Of a stretch of DNA of 64,000 bases, positions 1 through 9,327 are shown piece by piece. A program made the position numbers and the translations under genes. Origin of the DNA: an uncultured virus (IMG/VR IMGVR_UViG_3300017970_000189) (lineage: Duplodnaviria; Heunggongvirae; Uroviricota; Caudoviricetes); IMG/VR virus record IMGVR_UViG_3300017970_000189. One strand, given 5' to 3'. The notes below the pieces were generated by a model. The model was not told the origin of the DNA. It saw nothing but the letters and a program-made list of their open reading frames with translations, and did no database searches. Positions within the stretch are counted from its first letter, which is position 1. Each line of letters starts with the position of its first letter.

Positions 1-218
1 GTCTGGTTGGCGATCCGCTTCGTCCGCTCGACGAGCTGGTCGAAGAGCGCGACGGCCGCTCTCGCATCCGCATACTCCTGCTGGGCCTGTCCCAGATAGG
101 GATGCGGGATGGGCCCGGCAAGACCGGCGTTGAAGTTGTCGCCGATGTTGCCCGAAAAGAGCGATCCACGGGAGCCCCCGCCCGAACTGCCGATCATCAC
201 CATGCCGAGGTTGTACAT
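1..218 (-). CDS. Putative virion protein, truncated at window edge (MYNLGMVMIG...PHPYLGQAQQEYADARAAVALFDQLVER...)
   Basis: Not in ORF track; translated by hand. ATG at 218 with GGAG RBS; open to position 1. Has LGQ motif and resembles 16378..16899 after the motif. Confidence 0.75.
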   Translation of the reverse strand, partial: MYNLGMVMIGSSGGGSRGSLFSGNIGDNFNAGLAGPIPHPYLGQAQQEYADARAAVALFDQLVERTKRIANQ

Positions 219-236
219 CTGCCTTTCTCCTAAAAA

Positions 237-590
237 CTATAAAACAAACAGTTTGCACGCGCCGTAAAGTCCGACCGATCCCGCTAACGTCGCAAGGACC
301 GTATAGTTTTCCCCCCTTAGCAACCACCAAATCCCAGCAAGAGCCACTCCCGTCACGAGCGCCGCTTCCGGGCGACTCGCCAGCACCGGATTCCCAGGCA
401 TGATGCAGCGCGGGCTGATCACCATGTAGACCGTGCTGGACAACAAGCCTCCCACCAGGAAATCCGTCACGATGCCGATTGAATCCATCGTCCTCTTGGA
501 GGGATGGAGCGAGGCGATCGCCGGCCTCCGGGTACGCGATAGACCAAGCTCATACCTGGCCGGAGCCCATTTCACAACCTTCGTCGCCAT
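237..590 (-). CDS. Small membrane protein, 2-3 hydrophobic segments
   Basis: Basic N-terminus followed by hydrophobic helices; tightly packed in the operon. Confidence 0.7.
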   Translation of the reverse strand: MATKVVKWAPARYELGLSRTRRPAIASLHPSKRTMDSIGIVTDFLVGGLLSSTVYMVISPRCIMPGNPVLASRPEAALVTGVALAGIWWLLRGENYTVLATLAGSVGLYGACKLFVL

Positions 591-593
591 CCC

Positions 594-1505
594 TTACCTC
601 AGGAAAACCAGATAGATCGCCGCTCCAACCGAAGCAGCAATCCCCAAAACCGGAACCAGAGAAAGCCCTGTGTCCAAAGGCTTTGCGCTCTCTTTGGAAG
701 GAAGCACAATCCCTTGTCCTATTCTATCCGGCACTTTTTCACCAGGCCCGACGTTCACACGATTCCTTGCCAAGCTTCCCCTTCCAACCAGAGGAACCCT
801 CCCCAACCAGACCCTGCCCATGCCGATTCCCATATCCCCAGGAAGCGTCATCGGGCCCATGCCTCCTCCGCCTCCTGCTCCAGTGGCGACTGAAATCAAG
901 CCGCCACCACCGCGGGTTGCAACCGATGGTTTGCCACTACCACCACCTGTAGCTACTGGAGGCGGTGGAGGTGGTGGAGGCGGTTTAGATGTACCGGTAG
1001 GTACATTTGGAAGGCATCCAGATGGAGTTTTAGTTGTTCCTTCGGGACACGTAGAGACGCTTATCGCAGAAGTAAGAGGTGGAGCTACAGGCGGAGGATT
1101 CCAAATCGGTGGACGGTCTGGCAACGTTGGAACATTCGGCCTGCATCCTGCAGGAGTCATCGTCATTCCTTCTCCACATCCCCCCGGAGGTGTAGGTACC
1201 GGCGGTGGGGGTGGAGGAGGAGGATTTTCTGGAGGATGTGTCAGATATCCAGTTGCTACACTTAATGGCGGAGGATTCATACCAGGCGTTAGAGGCCTTG
1301 GAGGACGAGACGGAGGGCGCTGCTCTGGAGCTGGCCCTTGAGTAACGAATGCCGGAGGTCCAGGAGGAGGACCAAATTCCCTAGGTGTAGGTTCAGGTGG
1401 TGGAGGCTGGTTCAGCTTCGCCTTGAACGCACTGATCTCGTTCTGGTAATCCTCCAGCATACCACTCATTTGGACAGGACGAAGATTGAGCACAGGATAT
1501 CTCAC
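594..1505 (-). CDS. Proline-rich protein with Cys-pair repeats and C-terminal membrane anchor
   Basis: GTG start overlaps the upstream stop (GTGA). Poly-Pro tracts, two C-x-EG-x4-P-x-GC-x-PNVPT repeats, C-terminal hydrophobic helix. Confidence 0.7.
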   Translation of the reverse strand: MRYPVLNLRPVQMSGMLEDYQNEISAFKAKLNQPPPPEPTPREFGPPPGPPAFVTQGPAPEQRPPSRPPRPLTPGMNPPPLSVATGYLTHPPENPPPPPPPPVPTPPGGCGEGMTMTPAGCRPNVPTLPDRPPIWNPPPVAPPLTSAISVSTCPEGTTKTPSGCLPNVPTGTSKPPPPPPPPPVATGGGSGKPSVATRGGGGLISVATGAGGGGGMGPMTLPGDMGIGMGRVWLGRVPLVGRGSLARNRVNVGPGEKVPDRIGQGIVLPSKESAKPLDTGLSLVPVLGIAASVGAAIYLVFLR

Positions 1506-1957
1506 AGCTTGATGACTCCGGTTGCAAATAGCGCGACCAAGCCGGCTACGCCGGCTCCTCCGGCAACGATGGCGGCCGTCGGCACCGTGGACGACTTCTT
1601 CTCGGGCGCAGGCGCAGGAGCGGTCGGCACGGGAGCTCCAGGAGTTGAAGGAGTCGTCAAAGCAGACCCTGGTTTCTTCTCTACAGGAGGAGCCACAGGC
1701 AGCCCGGTGCAGGGATTGAGCCTGCCGCCCGCAATCCAGGCATCGTAAGCGATTCCTTGTTCGCACCCGGACCAGTTGCCATTGGCATCCAGCGTTCCCT
1801 GCTTGGCGATCACGGTCTGGTTCCCGCGGCTATCCGTATAGAGCCAGATCCCATTTTCCCACTCCGGAACTCCGTGCTTGGGCCAATTGGGAATGAGCTT
1901 ATCGCCCAGCGCAAACGCCCGAGGCGGAAGCACGCCGAAGACATCGATCGCGCGCAT
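1502..1957 (-). CDS. Putative virion membrane protein with C-terminal TM
   Basis: ALGD motif, Pro-rich linker, hydrophobic C-terminus. Confidence 0.75.
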   Translation of the reverse strand: MRAIDVFGVLPPRAFALGDKLIPNWPKHGVPEWENGIWLYTDSRGNQTVIAKQGTLDANGNWSGCEQGIAYDAWIAGGRLNPCTGLPVAPPVEKKPGSALTTPSTPGAPVPTAPAPAPEKKSSTVPTAAIVAGGAGVAGLVALFATGVIKL

Positions 1958-2590
1958 CTAGCCACGCTCCTTATCGAGAGCCGCATAAGCTCCCATGGAT
2001 GCCAGGATCGCAGAAATGCTATAGCCAGCCGTCTTCATCAAATTTTCGCCGTCCTTCACCATGAAGGCCGTGGCGGCAAAAGCCACAGCGCTCGCCGCCC
2101 AGAACGGGATCCCGACCTTCGTGGCATCGATGGCTCTCACCCGTTCCTCGGAAATAATCTGCCGAACGAGAGGCTCCGCATCGTTCACGATGGCCTGCGC
2201 CGTCTGGACCGCTATCTGAATCACCTCCGCAGGCGCCGAAGACGGCGGCTGTGGAGGTGGAACCTGCTGCATCTTCGAAAGCGTCCAGAAAGCGCCCCCA
2301 CCGGCCGCCGCAGCAGCAGCGGCATACCCGATGAACTTCGGGACCGTTGCATCGTCGCGGACCAGATACTGCGTCGCCGCAAACGCGATCGCGGCCAGCG
2401 AAAAGAACGGGATTCCTCCGATCATGGCTCCCGCCAGGCGGTTTCTTTCCTCGATGATGACCTGCCTGGTCACGGGCTCCGCATCGCTCACGATCTTCTT
2501 TGCGATGGTATCCGTGATACCACCAGTAAAGCTCGTGATCTGTCCGAGCCCACGCCGGGGAGAGCCCATGACGGGGGAATAGGCGATCAC
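1958..2590 (-). CDS. Multi-pass membrane protein made of two internal repeats
   Basis: GTG start via GTGA overlap; RRGLGQ motif; two copies of IV-x-DAEP-x2-RQ-x-I-x-EER...GIPF...AFAAT. Confidence 0.8.
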   Translation of the reverse strand: MIAYSPVMGSPRRGLGQITSFTGGITDTIAKKIVSDAEPVTRQVIIEERNRLAGAMIGGIPFFSLAAIAFAATQYLVRDDATVPKFIGYAAAAAAAGGGAFWTLSKMQQVPPPQPPSSAPAEVIQIAVQTAQAIVNDAEPLVRQIISEERVRAIDATKVGIPFWAASAVAFAATAFMVKDGENLMKTAGYSISAILASMGAYAALDKERG

Positions 2591-3204
2591 TCGGTATTTC
2601 TCCTGATCAAGTCCCACATCGCCTTTTCCCAGTCTTCATCATAAGCGCTGTCGAGCACCTCTTTCGCCCAATAGTCCATGCTTTCGATCTCGTATTTTCC
2701 CACGCTCTTTGCGTGCCGGGTCATGTCCCGAAAATCGTAAACTCCCGGACCCCTCCAACCGGATTCCTCCGCAAGCTCATACTTCATGATCCGTTCGCGT
2801 TCCTGCCAGGTCATCTCGGAAGCATCCTCGATTCCCTTCCAGGCCAGGAAAGCCTTCTCATAGTCGTCCTCGTTCTTCACCTCGACGAACGGATTTTCCT
2901 CAAAGGCGTATCTCTTCTCTTTCTTCTTCTCGAGATACTTGAGCGCATCCGCAAATTCCCAAAGCTGAGCGATGGATTCATTGAATCGGGTTTCTCCAAC
3001 CTCCTCCTGATCCAGCCACTTGCTTTTTGGACCTTTCTTGAGCAAAGCCAGCCCATAGCTCGCCCGCTCGAGCGACGGAAACTGGACGTACCAATGGATT
3101 GGGGAACCGGTATACCGAGGAGTCCACTCTCTCGGATCGCCTTCCCCTACATCCACCGGATCCTTGTCCACGAACGTTGCCTCCCCCACGTAAACCAGGG
3201 CCAT
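2587..3204 (-). CDS. Hypothetical protein (acidic, aromatic-rich)
   Basis: 205 aa ORF, GAGG RBS, protein-like composition. Confidence 0.75.
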   Translation of the reverse strand: MALVYVGEATFVDKDPVDVGEGDPREWTPRYTGSPIHWYVQFPSLERASYGLALLKKGPKSKWLDQEEVGETRFNESIAQLWEFADALKYLEKKKEKRYAFEENPFVEVKNEDDYEKAFLAWKGIEDASEMTWQERERIMKYELAEESGWRGPGVYDFRDMTRHAKSVGKYEIESMDYWAKEVLDSAYDEDWEKAMWDLIRRNTE

Positions 3205-3209
3205 GACCT

Positions 3210-3620
3210 CTACCAGAGCTTCCTGAAGATCTTGGAAAAGAGCGTCGCCTTGGACCCGGACATCCCCTGGATGGGCGCCGGCGCCGGAACCCCGGAGGCG
3301 GCCTGCCTCTTGTCCTCCGCCTGGGCCATGGCCGCCACCTTGGCCCGCGCTTCCGCTTCTCTCTCAGAGCGTTTCGCCTGATATTCCGCCACCATAGCCT
3401 TCCGCTGCTCGACCAGAGACCGGGTGGTGACCGGAGCAGGCTTTCCCACCCATGACTCCACCACCGACGTCGGATCCTTGGTTTCCATGTCGTTCAGGAA
3501 GACATGGACACCTTTCTGATCAAGACCGACGTTCTCGACCTCGAAGCCGTTCTTGATCAGGTCATAGTAGAGGCCGGCCACGTCCTCCACCTTCTTGTCC
3601 GGAAGCATGATCGTTCTCAT
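3210..3620 (-). CDS. Hypothetical protein downstream of the fibre genes (possible fibre chaperone)
   Basis: ATG 3620 with AGGAGAGG RBS; function inferred only from position. Confidence 0.7.
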   Translation of the reverse strand: MRTIMLPDKKVEDVAGLYYDLIKNGFEVENVGLDQKGVHVFLNDMETKDPTSVVESWVGKPAPVTTRSLVEQRKAMVAEYQAKRSEREAEARAKVAAMAQAEDKRQAASGVPAPAPIQGMSGSKATLFSKIFRKLW

Positions 3621-3630
3621 GAATCCTCTC

Positions 3631-5196
3631 CTATGTGTGAATCGCCGCAATCGTTGCCGGAAGCGCCGCAGATGCCTGAAGCGCCATGATGGAAGGCGCT
3701 CCGGGACCAGAAAAATAGGCCATCTGAACCCCGTGGGTTCCCGCCGGCACGTTCGGAATCACGATCGACCCGAAAAGGTGGCAGGTGAACAGCTTGTCCT
3801 GCAAGTGTCCGATATTGAGAGAAAGCGCGGTCAGGAACTGAGGAGTTCCCCCATCGAGGATGAATCCCAGGGAAACTTCCGGAAGCGAGTTAAATGGCGT
3901 GGCGGAAAAATCCGCGCTCACGATAATCAAGACATTGCCTGGAGTAGTCACGGTGAAGACAAGCAGCGTGCTCGGCACGGCCGTCAGAGCTCCGGTGGCT
4001 CCAAAGGGAGCGTCGGTCTTGGAGAGACCGTCCAGCACGAGAGCGGGAGCGCCCGGAGGCAGGCTTCCCAGGGCCTGGTGAACCACCGCGAGCGAAAGCG
4101 GGATGTTCGGATTGGCCGAGATCGTCGCCGAGAGGCCCAGTCCCGCTCCCGCACAGAATTCCCCGGCCATGATCCCCCGGAGCATGAGCTGGACCTGATG
4201 CGAGCCCTCGCTCAGCATCATCGGCCACATCGCCGTTGCACCGTCCAGGAATCCCTCGACTCCTCCCACGAAGGTCTGCCAGAGATTAGCCTGGATGGGC
4301 ACGATCGTCCCGTCGATGCTGAGAGCAAGCGCGTTGTTCGTGGCGTCCCCGCATCCGAAGCAGGCATTGATCACGAACATCACGTTTCCGGTCGCCCCCT
4401 GGCTGAATGCAAGGAGCGTCCCCGGGATGGGAATGAACGAGCCCGGACCTGCCGTGAAATCGCCATCCGTTTTCGTCACAAAATCGATGGTAGCGCCGAC
4501 GCCGGGCGTGCCCGCCGGACCTTGAGGTCCAGGCGGACCCTGAGGCCCGACGACGGAAGGGGTGATCGGTGTCTGAGGAATCGTATTTACCGGCCCGAGG
4601 GGACCGGAGAGACCGGCCCCTCCGGAGATTCCGGGCGCAATGAATCCTCCTTGCCCGAACATCCCCGATGCCGGTCCGAAACCAGGGAAGCCGGCACCGA
4701 TGGCTTGGGTGGGCATCGCTCCCGGAACTCCCTGAGGAGGAGGCGGAGGCGGAAGATTCTCCTTCTCCACTTCCTCCACGCAACGCTGGGCCATGAAGGG
4801 AAGAATTCCCCACAGTTCACCCAGGGTGATCTTGTCGTCGAGCTGGATCAGCGTTCCATCCGGCATCTGAAGCGGTCCCGGAGGAGGTGCGCACGCTGGC
4901 GATGCTGGAGCTGGAGATGGAGGCGCCTGACCCAGACGCGGCTCCGCAGGAAGCATCGGAAGATGGATCTCGGGTCCCGCAAGCTGCCGTTCCGTGGCAC
5001 GCGGTGAATTCGGCGGAATCTCCGCAATCAAAGAAGAATTTTCGACGACCGCATCGCCCATCGACGGCTCGATTTTGTAGAGATACTTCCTCGTCCACCC
5101 ATCCGCTTCCACTCTCGAAATAACCACTCCTTCCGGAGGGGTCATCGCCGGAGGCGGCGCTCCCAGAGGAAGCTCTTTCGGTTCCGGACCAGCCAT
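3631..5196 (-). CDS. Putative fibre/spike protein, paralogue 3
   Basis: Short collagen-like G-P-x run followed by two beta-rich C-terminal repeats; clear paralogy with the next two genes. Confidence 0.75.
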   Translation of the reverse strand: MAGPEPKELPLGAPPPAMTPPEGVVISRVEADGWTRKYLYKIEPSMGDAVVENSSLIAEIPPNSPRATERQLAGPEIHLPMLPAEPRLGQAPPSPAPASPACAPPPGPLQMPDGTLIQLDDKITLGELWGILPFMAQRCVEEVEKENLPPPPPPQGVPGAMPTQAIGAGFPGFGPASGMFGQGGFIAPGISGGAGLSGPLGPVNTIPQTPITPSVVGPQGPPGPQGPAGTPGVGATIDFVTKTDGDFTAGPGSFIPIPGTLLAFSQGATGNVMFVINACFGCGDATNNALALSIDGTIVPIQANLWQTFVGGVEGFLDGATAMWPMMLSEGSHQVQLMLRGIMAGEFCAGAGLGLSATISANPNIPLSLAVVHQALGSLPPGAPALVLDGLSKTDAPFGATGALTAVPSTLLVFTVTTPGNVLIIVSADFSATPFNSLPEVSLGFILDGGTPQFLTALSLNIGHLQDKLFTCHLFGSIVIPNVPAGTHGVQMAYFSGPGAPSIMALQASAALPATIAAIHT

Positions 5197-5204
5197 AAAT
5201 CCCT

Positions 5205-6950
5205 CTAAGTGTGCAGGATCGAAATATTCGCCGGCAGCGTGGGCGAAGCCTGGAGCGTCATGATTCCCGGAACAGGACCGGAGACATAGGCCATCTGGAC
5301 GGTGTGAGGACCCGCCGGGACATTGGGCAATACGATCATTCCTTCCAGATGGAGGGCGCTCACATTGTCTCCACCGCCGCCGTTCTCCAAAGAAATCGTC
5401 GCGAGCGTCAACGGCGTTCCGCCGTCAAAAATAATGCCCAAGTCGATGGAAGGCAGGATCGTAGGCGGACTGGCGGCGAAATCCGCGCTCACCGTCACCA
5501 TGACATTTCCTGGGGTCGTTACGGTGAAGGCGATCGAAGCATTCGGGACCGCCGTCAAGGCGCCGGTTGCTGCGAACGGGCCATCCGTCTTCTGATAGCC
5601 TTCATTGACCAGGACCGGCGTGGTCGCCGGAATCGCTCCAGGCACCTGATAGATCAAGGCCAAGGAAAGCGGGACATTCGGGTTTGCTGAAACGGTTGCA
5701 GGAATCCCCTGCCCGCTTCCTGAGCAGAACTCCCCCGCCATGATGCCCCGGAGCATGAGCTGAGCCTGGTGAGCGCCCGAAGGAAGAACGATGGGCCACA
5801 TCGCGCTCGAACCATCCAGGAAACCGAGCACGCCGGAAGACATCGTCGGCCAGAGCGTCGCCTGGAGAGGGTAAATCGTGCCGTCGATGCTGAGCGCAAG
5901 GGCATTGTTGACCGAATTGTCGCACCCAAAGCAGGCATTGATCGCGAACAGGACCGCGCCAGGAGCTCCTTGAGTGAACGAAAGCAGCGTCCCCGGGATC
6001 GGGACGAACGCTCCGGGTCCCGCGGTGAAATCTCCGTCGACCTTGGTCACGTAGAGAAGGCCCGTTCCGGCTCCCTGAGGACCCTGAGGTCCGGCAGGGC
6101 CCGCAGGCCCCTGAACCACGGAAGGACCCAAAGGACTGGGCTGGATCGGATTCTGAGGATTCACCTGTCCCAAGGGACCGAAGACGTTTCCTCCGCTCCC
6201 CGGGAACCCGCCGCCTCCGAAGACGCCGGTCGAGGCACCGAAGCCCGGGAAGCCCGCATTGATCGGAGAAGTCGGTATCCCGGGAAGCCCCGTAGGCGTT
6301 TTCGGAGGCTTGATCTTGACCTGCGACACGCACTGTTTGGTCAAGTAGGGAAGGATCTGCCAGAGCTCCGAAAGCTTAAGCTTGTCGGTGAGCTGGACAA
6401 TCCGGCCATCCGGCAACTGCAAGGGTGCCGGAGTCGGACAAGTGGGCGCAACCGCCCCAGCGGGAGGCAGACTGGTCACGGGAGCCTGGACTCCGGGTCC
6501 TTGCGCAAGCCTTGGCGACTGGGACGGAGGAGGCGTCGTCGAAAGGATCGGCGAATTCACCATCGGCCCGGAAAGACGCCTTCCTGAAGAACTTTCCATA
6601 GCACTGGAAAACGGATTTGAACCTACCCGCCCCGGAGCACGCAAAGTTCCAAGCGCAGGGCCTTGGGTCACCGGAGCAGCGACTTGCGGGACCTGAGGAA
6701 CAGACATAGGAGCCATCTCCGCGGGCACTTCGCGATAGGAAGAGCGGGGAGCTGGCGGAATCTCGGCGATCAGAAGCGAATTCTCGACGATCCGGTCGCC
6801 CATCGTCCTCTTGGCCTGGTAATGGTACTTCCGCGTCCAGCCATCACCTTCCACGCGAGAAATGACCACCCCTTCCGGTGGCGTCACCGGAGGCGGAAGC
6901 ATCCCCAGCGGAAGCTCCTTCGGCTCAGGATTGCCCATATAGTCGCTCAA
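5205..6950 (-). CDS. Putative fibre/spike protein, paralogue 2
   Basis: Shares PKELPLG...GWTRKY N-terminus, GPAGPAGPQGPQG and duplicated beta domain. Confidence 0.75.
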   Translation of the reverse strand: MSDYMGNPEPKELPLGMLPPPVTPPEGVVISRVEGDGWTRKYHYQAKRTMGDRIVENSLLIAEIPPAPRSSYREVPAEMAPMSVPQVPQVAAPVTQGPALGTLRAPGRVGSNPFSSAMESSSGRRLSGPMVNSPILSTTPPPSQSPRLAQGPGVQAPVTSLPPAGAVAPTCPTPAPLQLPDGRIVQLTDKLKLSELWQILPYLTKQCVSQVKIKPPKTPTGLPGIPTSPINAGFPGFGASTGVFGGGGFPGSGGNVFGPLGQVNPQNPIQPSPLGPSVVQGPAGPAGPQGPQGAGTGLLYVTKVDGDFTAGPGAFVPIPGTLLSFTQGAPGAVLFAINACFGCDNSVNNALALSIDGTIYPLQATLWPTMSSGVLGFLDGSSAMWPIVLPSGAHQAQLMLRGIMAGEFCSGSGQGIPATVSANPNVPLSLALIYQVPGAIPATTPVLVNEGYQKTDGPFAATGALTAVPNASIAFTVTTPGNVMVTVSADFAASPPTILPSIDLGIIFDGGTPLTLATISLENGGGGDNVSALHLEGMIVLPNVPAGPHTVQMAYVSGPVPGIMTLQASPTLPANISILHT

Positions 6951-6962
6951 GTTCTCCTCGCC

Positions 6963-8792
6963 TTATGTGTGAATCGCGGAAACGGTCGCAGGCGTCGAAG
7001 GCGACCCTTGAAGGACCAAGAACGCTGGCGCGGCCAACGCGCAGGTATAGGCCATCTGGACGCTATGCGGACCCGCCGCAATACCTTGGAAGGTCACTGT
7101 TGCGGTCAGGAACCAACTGAACAGCTTGTCGGAACCTCCGCCGATCACCATCGCAAGAGAAGCCAGCGCGAGAGGCGTTCCGCCATCCAGAATCACTCCA
7201 AGTTCAAGCGACGGAACCGAGTTGAACGGTGTCGCGACGAAATACGCGCTCAAATAAACCGTCACATTCCCCGGAGTGGTCACCGTGAAGGGCAGTAAGG
7301 TGCTCGGAACCGGCGTGAGCGGGCCGGTAGCAGCAAAAGGCGCATCCGTCTTCGTCACGCCATCCACCACGAGAACCGGTGCAAAGGGCGTCGTCACTCC
7401 CAAGGCCTGATGGACCACCGCAAGCGAAAGCGGGATGTTGGGATTTGCCGAAATCGTCGCCTGCTGTCCGAGCCCTGCTCCCGAGCAGGACGCACCAGCC
7501 CCGATCCCCTGGAGCATGAGCTGAACCGTATGCGTTCCTTCAGCCAGGAACATCGGCCACACGGCGCTCGCGCCGTCCAGGAATCCTTCGACTCCGGCAA
7601 TGAACGTATGCCAGAGATTCGACTGAAGCGGATAGATCGTCCCATCCACGCTGATCGCAAGCGCGTTGTTCGTGGAAAAAGCGCATCCGAAGCAGGCGTT
7701 GATCACGAAAATGGCGTTTCCGGCCATCCCCTGGGTAAACGAGAGCTGCGTTCCGGGAATCGGGATGTACGACCCGGGGCCAGCCGTAAAATCTCCATCC
7801 GTCTTCGTCACGAAATCGATGGCGGCTCCCGCTCCGGGCGGTCCTTGAGGTCCAGTCGGTCCGACAGGACCTACCGGCCCGACTTGAGACGGACCCAGCG
7901 GGGTCTGAGTGACCGGCCCTACCGGTCCAAAGATGCCGGTCCCATTGGAGACTCCTCCGCCGACGAATCCTCCCTGTTCGAAGGCACCCGAGGCCGGCCC
8001 GAAGCCCGGGAAACCGGCGCCAGGCGGCGAGGTCGGAATTACCCCCGGCAATCCTTGAGCAGGAGGAGGAGCGGGCTGCTGAGCCTCTACCTGGGTGATG
8101 CACTGCTTGGTCATGTAAGGCAGGATCTGCCACAGATCCGACAGCGCCACCTCATCATCCAATTGGATGACCTTTCCATCCGGCAACTGCATGGGAGCCG
8201 AAGGCGTCGGGCAACCGGGTGTCACCTGGATCGGTCCCGTGGGAGCTGCCGGTGCCGGAGGCGCCGCAGGGGCTTGAGCCAGCCTCGGCGACCGGGGAGG
8301 CGCCGGAGGCGCCACGAGCGCCACTCCCGCTCCCGGTCCCGCTCCCGAAAGCTGCGGCTTCGGCCGGGAGATGAGCGACGCTTCCGCGTTCGCCACGCCC
8401 GTGAAGGGACTCGAGACGACGCGACCGGGGACGCGCAAGGATCCGGTGATTCCAGGCACCGGCATCCCCTGATTGGGAACCGCGCCCAAAGAGGCTTCCG
8501 CGGGAGGCGCGACCGGAGGAGCCTGCTCGACCCGGTTCTGAACAATAGGCGCCGCCGACTCGAGCGGAAGATCCCGATATCCCAATTTTGGAGAGCCCGG
8601 AGGAATTTCGGAAATCAGGACCGAATTCTCTACATTCCTGCCCCCCAGCGTCCTTCTCGACTGATAGAGATACTTCCTCGTCCAGCCATCCCCCTCCAGC
8701 CTGGAAATGATCACGCCTTCCGGGGGCGTGATCGCGGGCGGAGGGGCCCCCAGGGGGAGTTCCTGCGGTCCGGACACTCTATAATCGGTCAT
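6963..8792 (-). CDS. Putative fibre/spike protein, paralogue 1
   Basis: Same architecture; GPVGPVGPTGPQGPPG. Confidence 0.75.
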   Translation of the reverse strand: MTDYRVSGPQELPLGAPPPAITPPEGVIISRLEGDGWTRKYLYQSRRTLGGRNVENSVLISEIPPGSPKLGYRDLPLESAAPIVQNRVEQAPPVAPPAEASLGAVPNQGMPVPGITGSLRVPGRVVSSPFTGVANAEASLISRPKPQLSGAGPGAGVALVAPPAPPRSPRLAQAPAAPPAPAAPTGPIQVTPGCPTPSAPMQLPDGKVIQLDDEVALSDLWQILPYMTKQCITQVEAQQPAPPPAQGLPGVIPTSPPGAGFPGFGPASGAFEQGGFVGGGVSNGTGIFGPVGPVTQTPLGPSQVGPVGPVGPTGPQGPPGAGAAIDFVTKTDGDFTAGPGSYIPIPGTQLSFTQGMAGNAIFVINACFGCAFSTNNALAISVDGTIYPLQSNLWHTFIAGVEGFLDGASAVWPMFLAEGTHTVQLMLQGIGAGASCSGAGLGQQATISANPNIPLSLAVVHQALGVTTPFAPVLVVDGVTKTDAPFAATGPLTPVPSTLLPFTVTTPGNVTVYLSAYFVATPFNSVPSLELGVILDGGTPLALASLAMVIGGGSDKLFSWFLTATVTFQGIAAGPHSVQMAYTCALAAPAFLVLQGSPSTPATVSAIHT

Positions 8793-8802
8793 GCTGGTTC
8801 TC

Positions 8803-9327
8803 TTATAGCCATTCAGCCGTAAAAGCCGCGAGCGCGAGCGTGTTCACCTGGCGACGCTCCTCACATTCCACAAAATTCCGGTCATCGTTCGCCGCACGAT
8901 GTTGCGTGGATTCAATGAACAGCCCCACATGCCGGTTGAACAGGTCGTGCCAGGTCCGCACCGGAAAATGATCGAATTTTGCCGTATACAGCTCCGTCTG
9001 ATTTTTCACGTTTGCAACCAGGAGATCGCCAATCCTGTTGATCCTATCCACGTTTCCCCTCACCACCGCCTCAACGAGCTCGATCTCGAGCACGGCATGC
9101 TCCTCCATGAGCCCAGGCTTCGAAGACCGCAGCACCGCGATCTCCCAATCCCGGCATCCGGAAAAGAGACATTCCCGGATCGACTTCAAGCCGGCGGGGT
9201 CTCCATCTCCCCACGAAAGATCCAGATACCGGGCGGCACCCCGGGAATGCTTCGGCCACCACTGCGTCTTCATCGACGCATCGGATTTCCCGGAAATCAG
9301 CTTGGTCGCCAGATATTCCTTACTCAT
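8803..9327 (-). CDS. Hypothetical helical protein
   Basis: 174 aa ORF overlapping the upstream stop. Confidence 0.7.
   Translation of the reverse strand: MSKEYLATKLISGKSDASMKTQWWPKHSRGAARYLDLSWGDGDPAGLKSIRECLFSGCRDWEIAVLRSSKPGLMEEHAVLEIELVEAVVRGNVDRINRIGDLLVANVKNQTELYTAKFDHFPVRTWHDLFNRHVGLFIESTQHRAANDDRNFVECEERRQVNTLALAAFTAEWL

Noticed and set aside
3631..8792. Diversity-generating retroelement acting on the fibre paralogues
   Set aside because: No reverse transcriptase seen; differences are spread over whole genes and not evidently adenine-specific.
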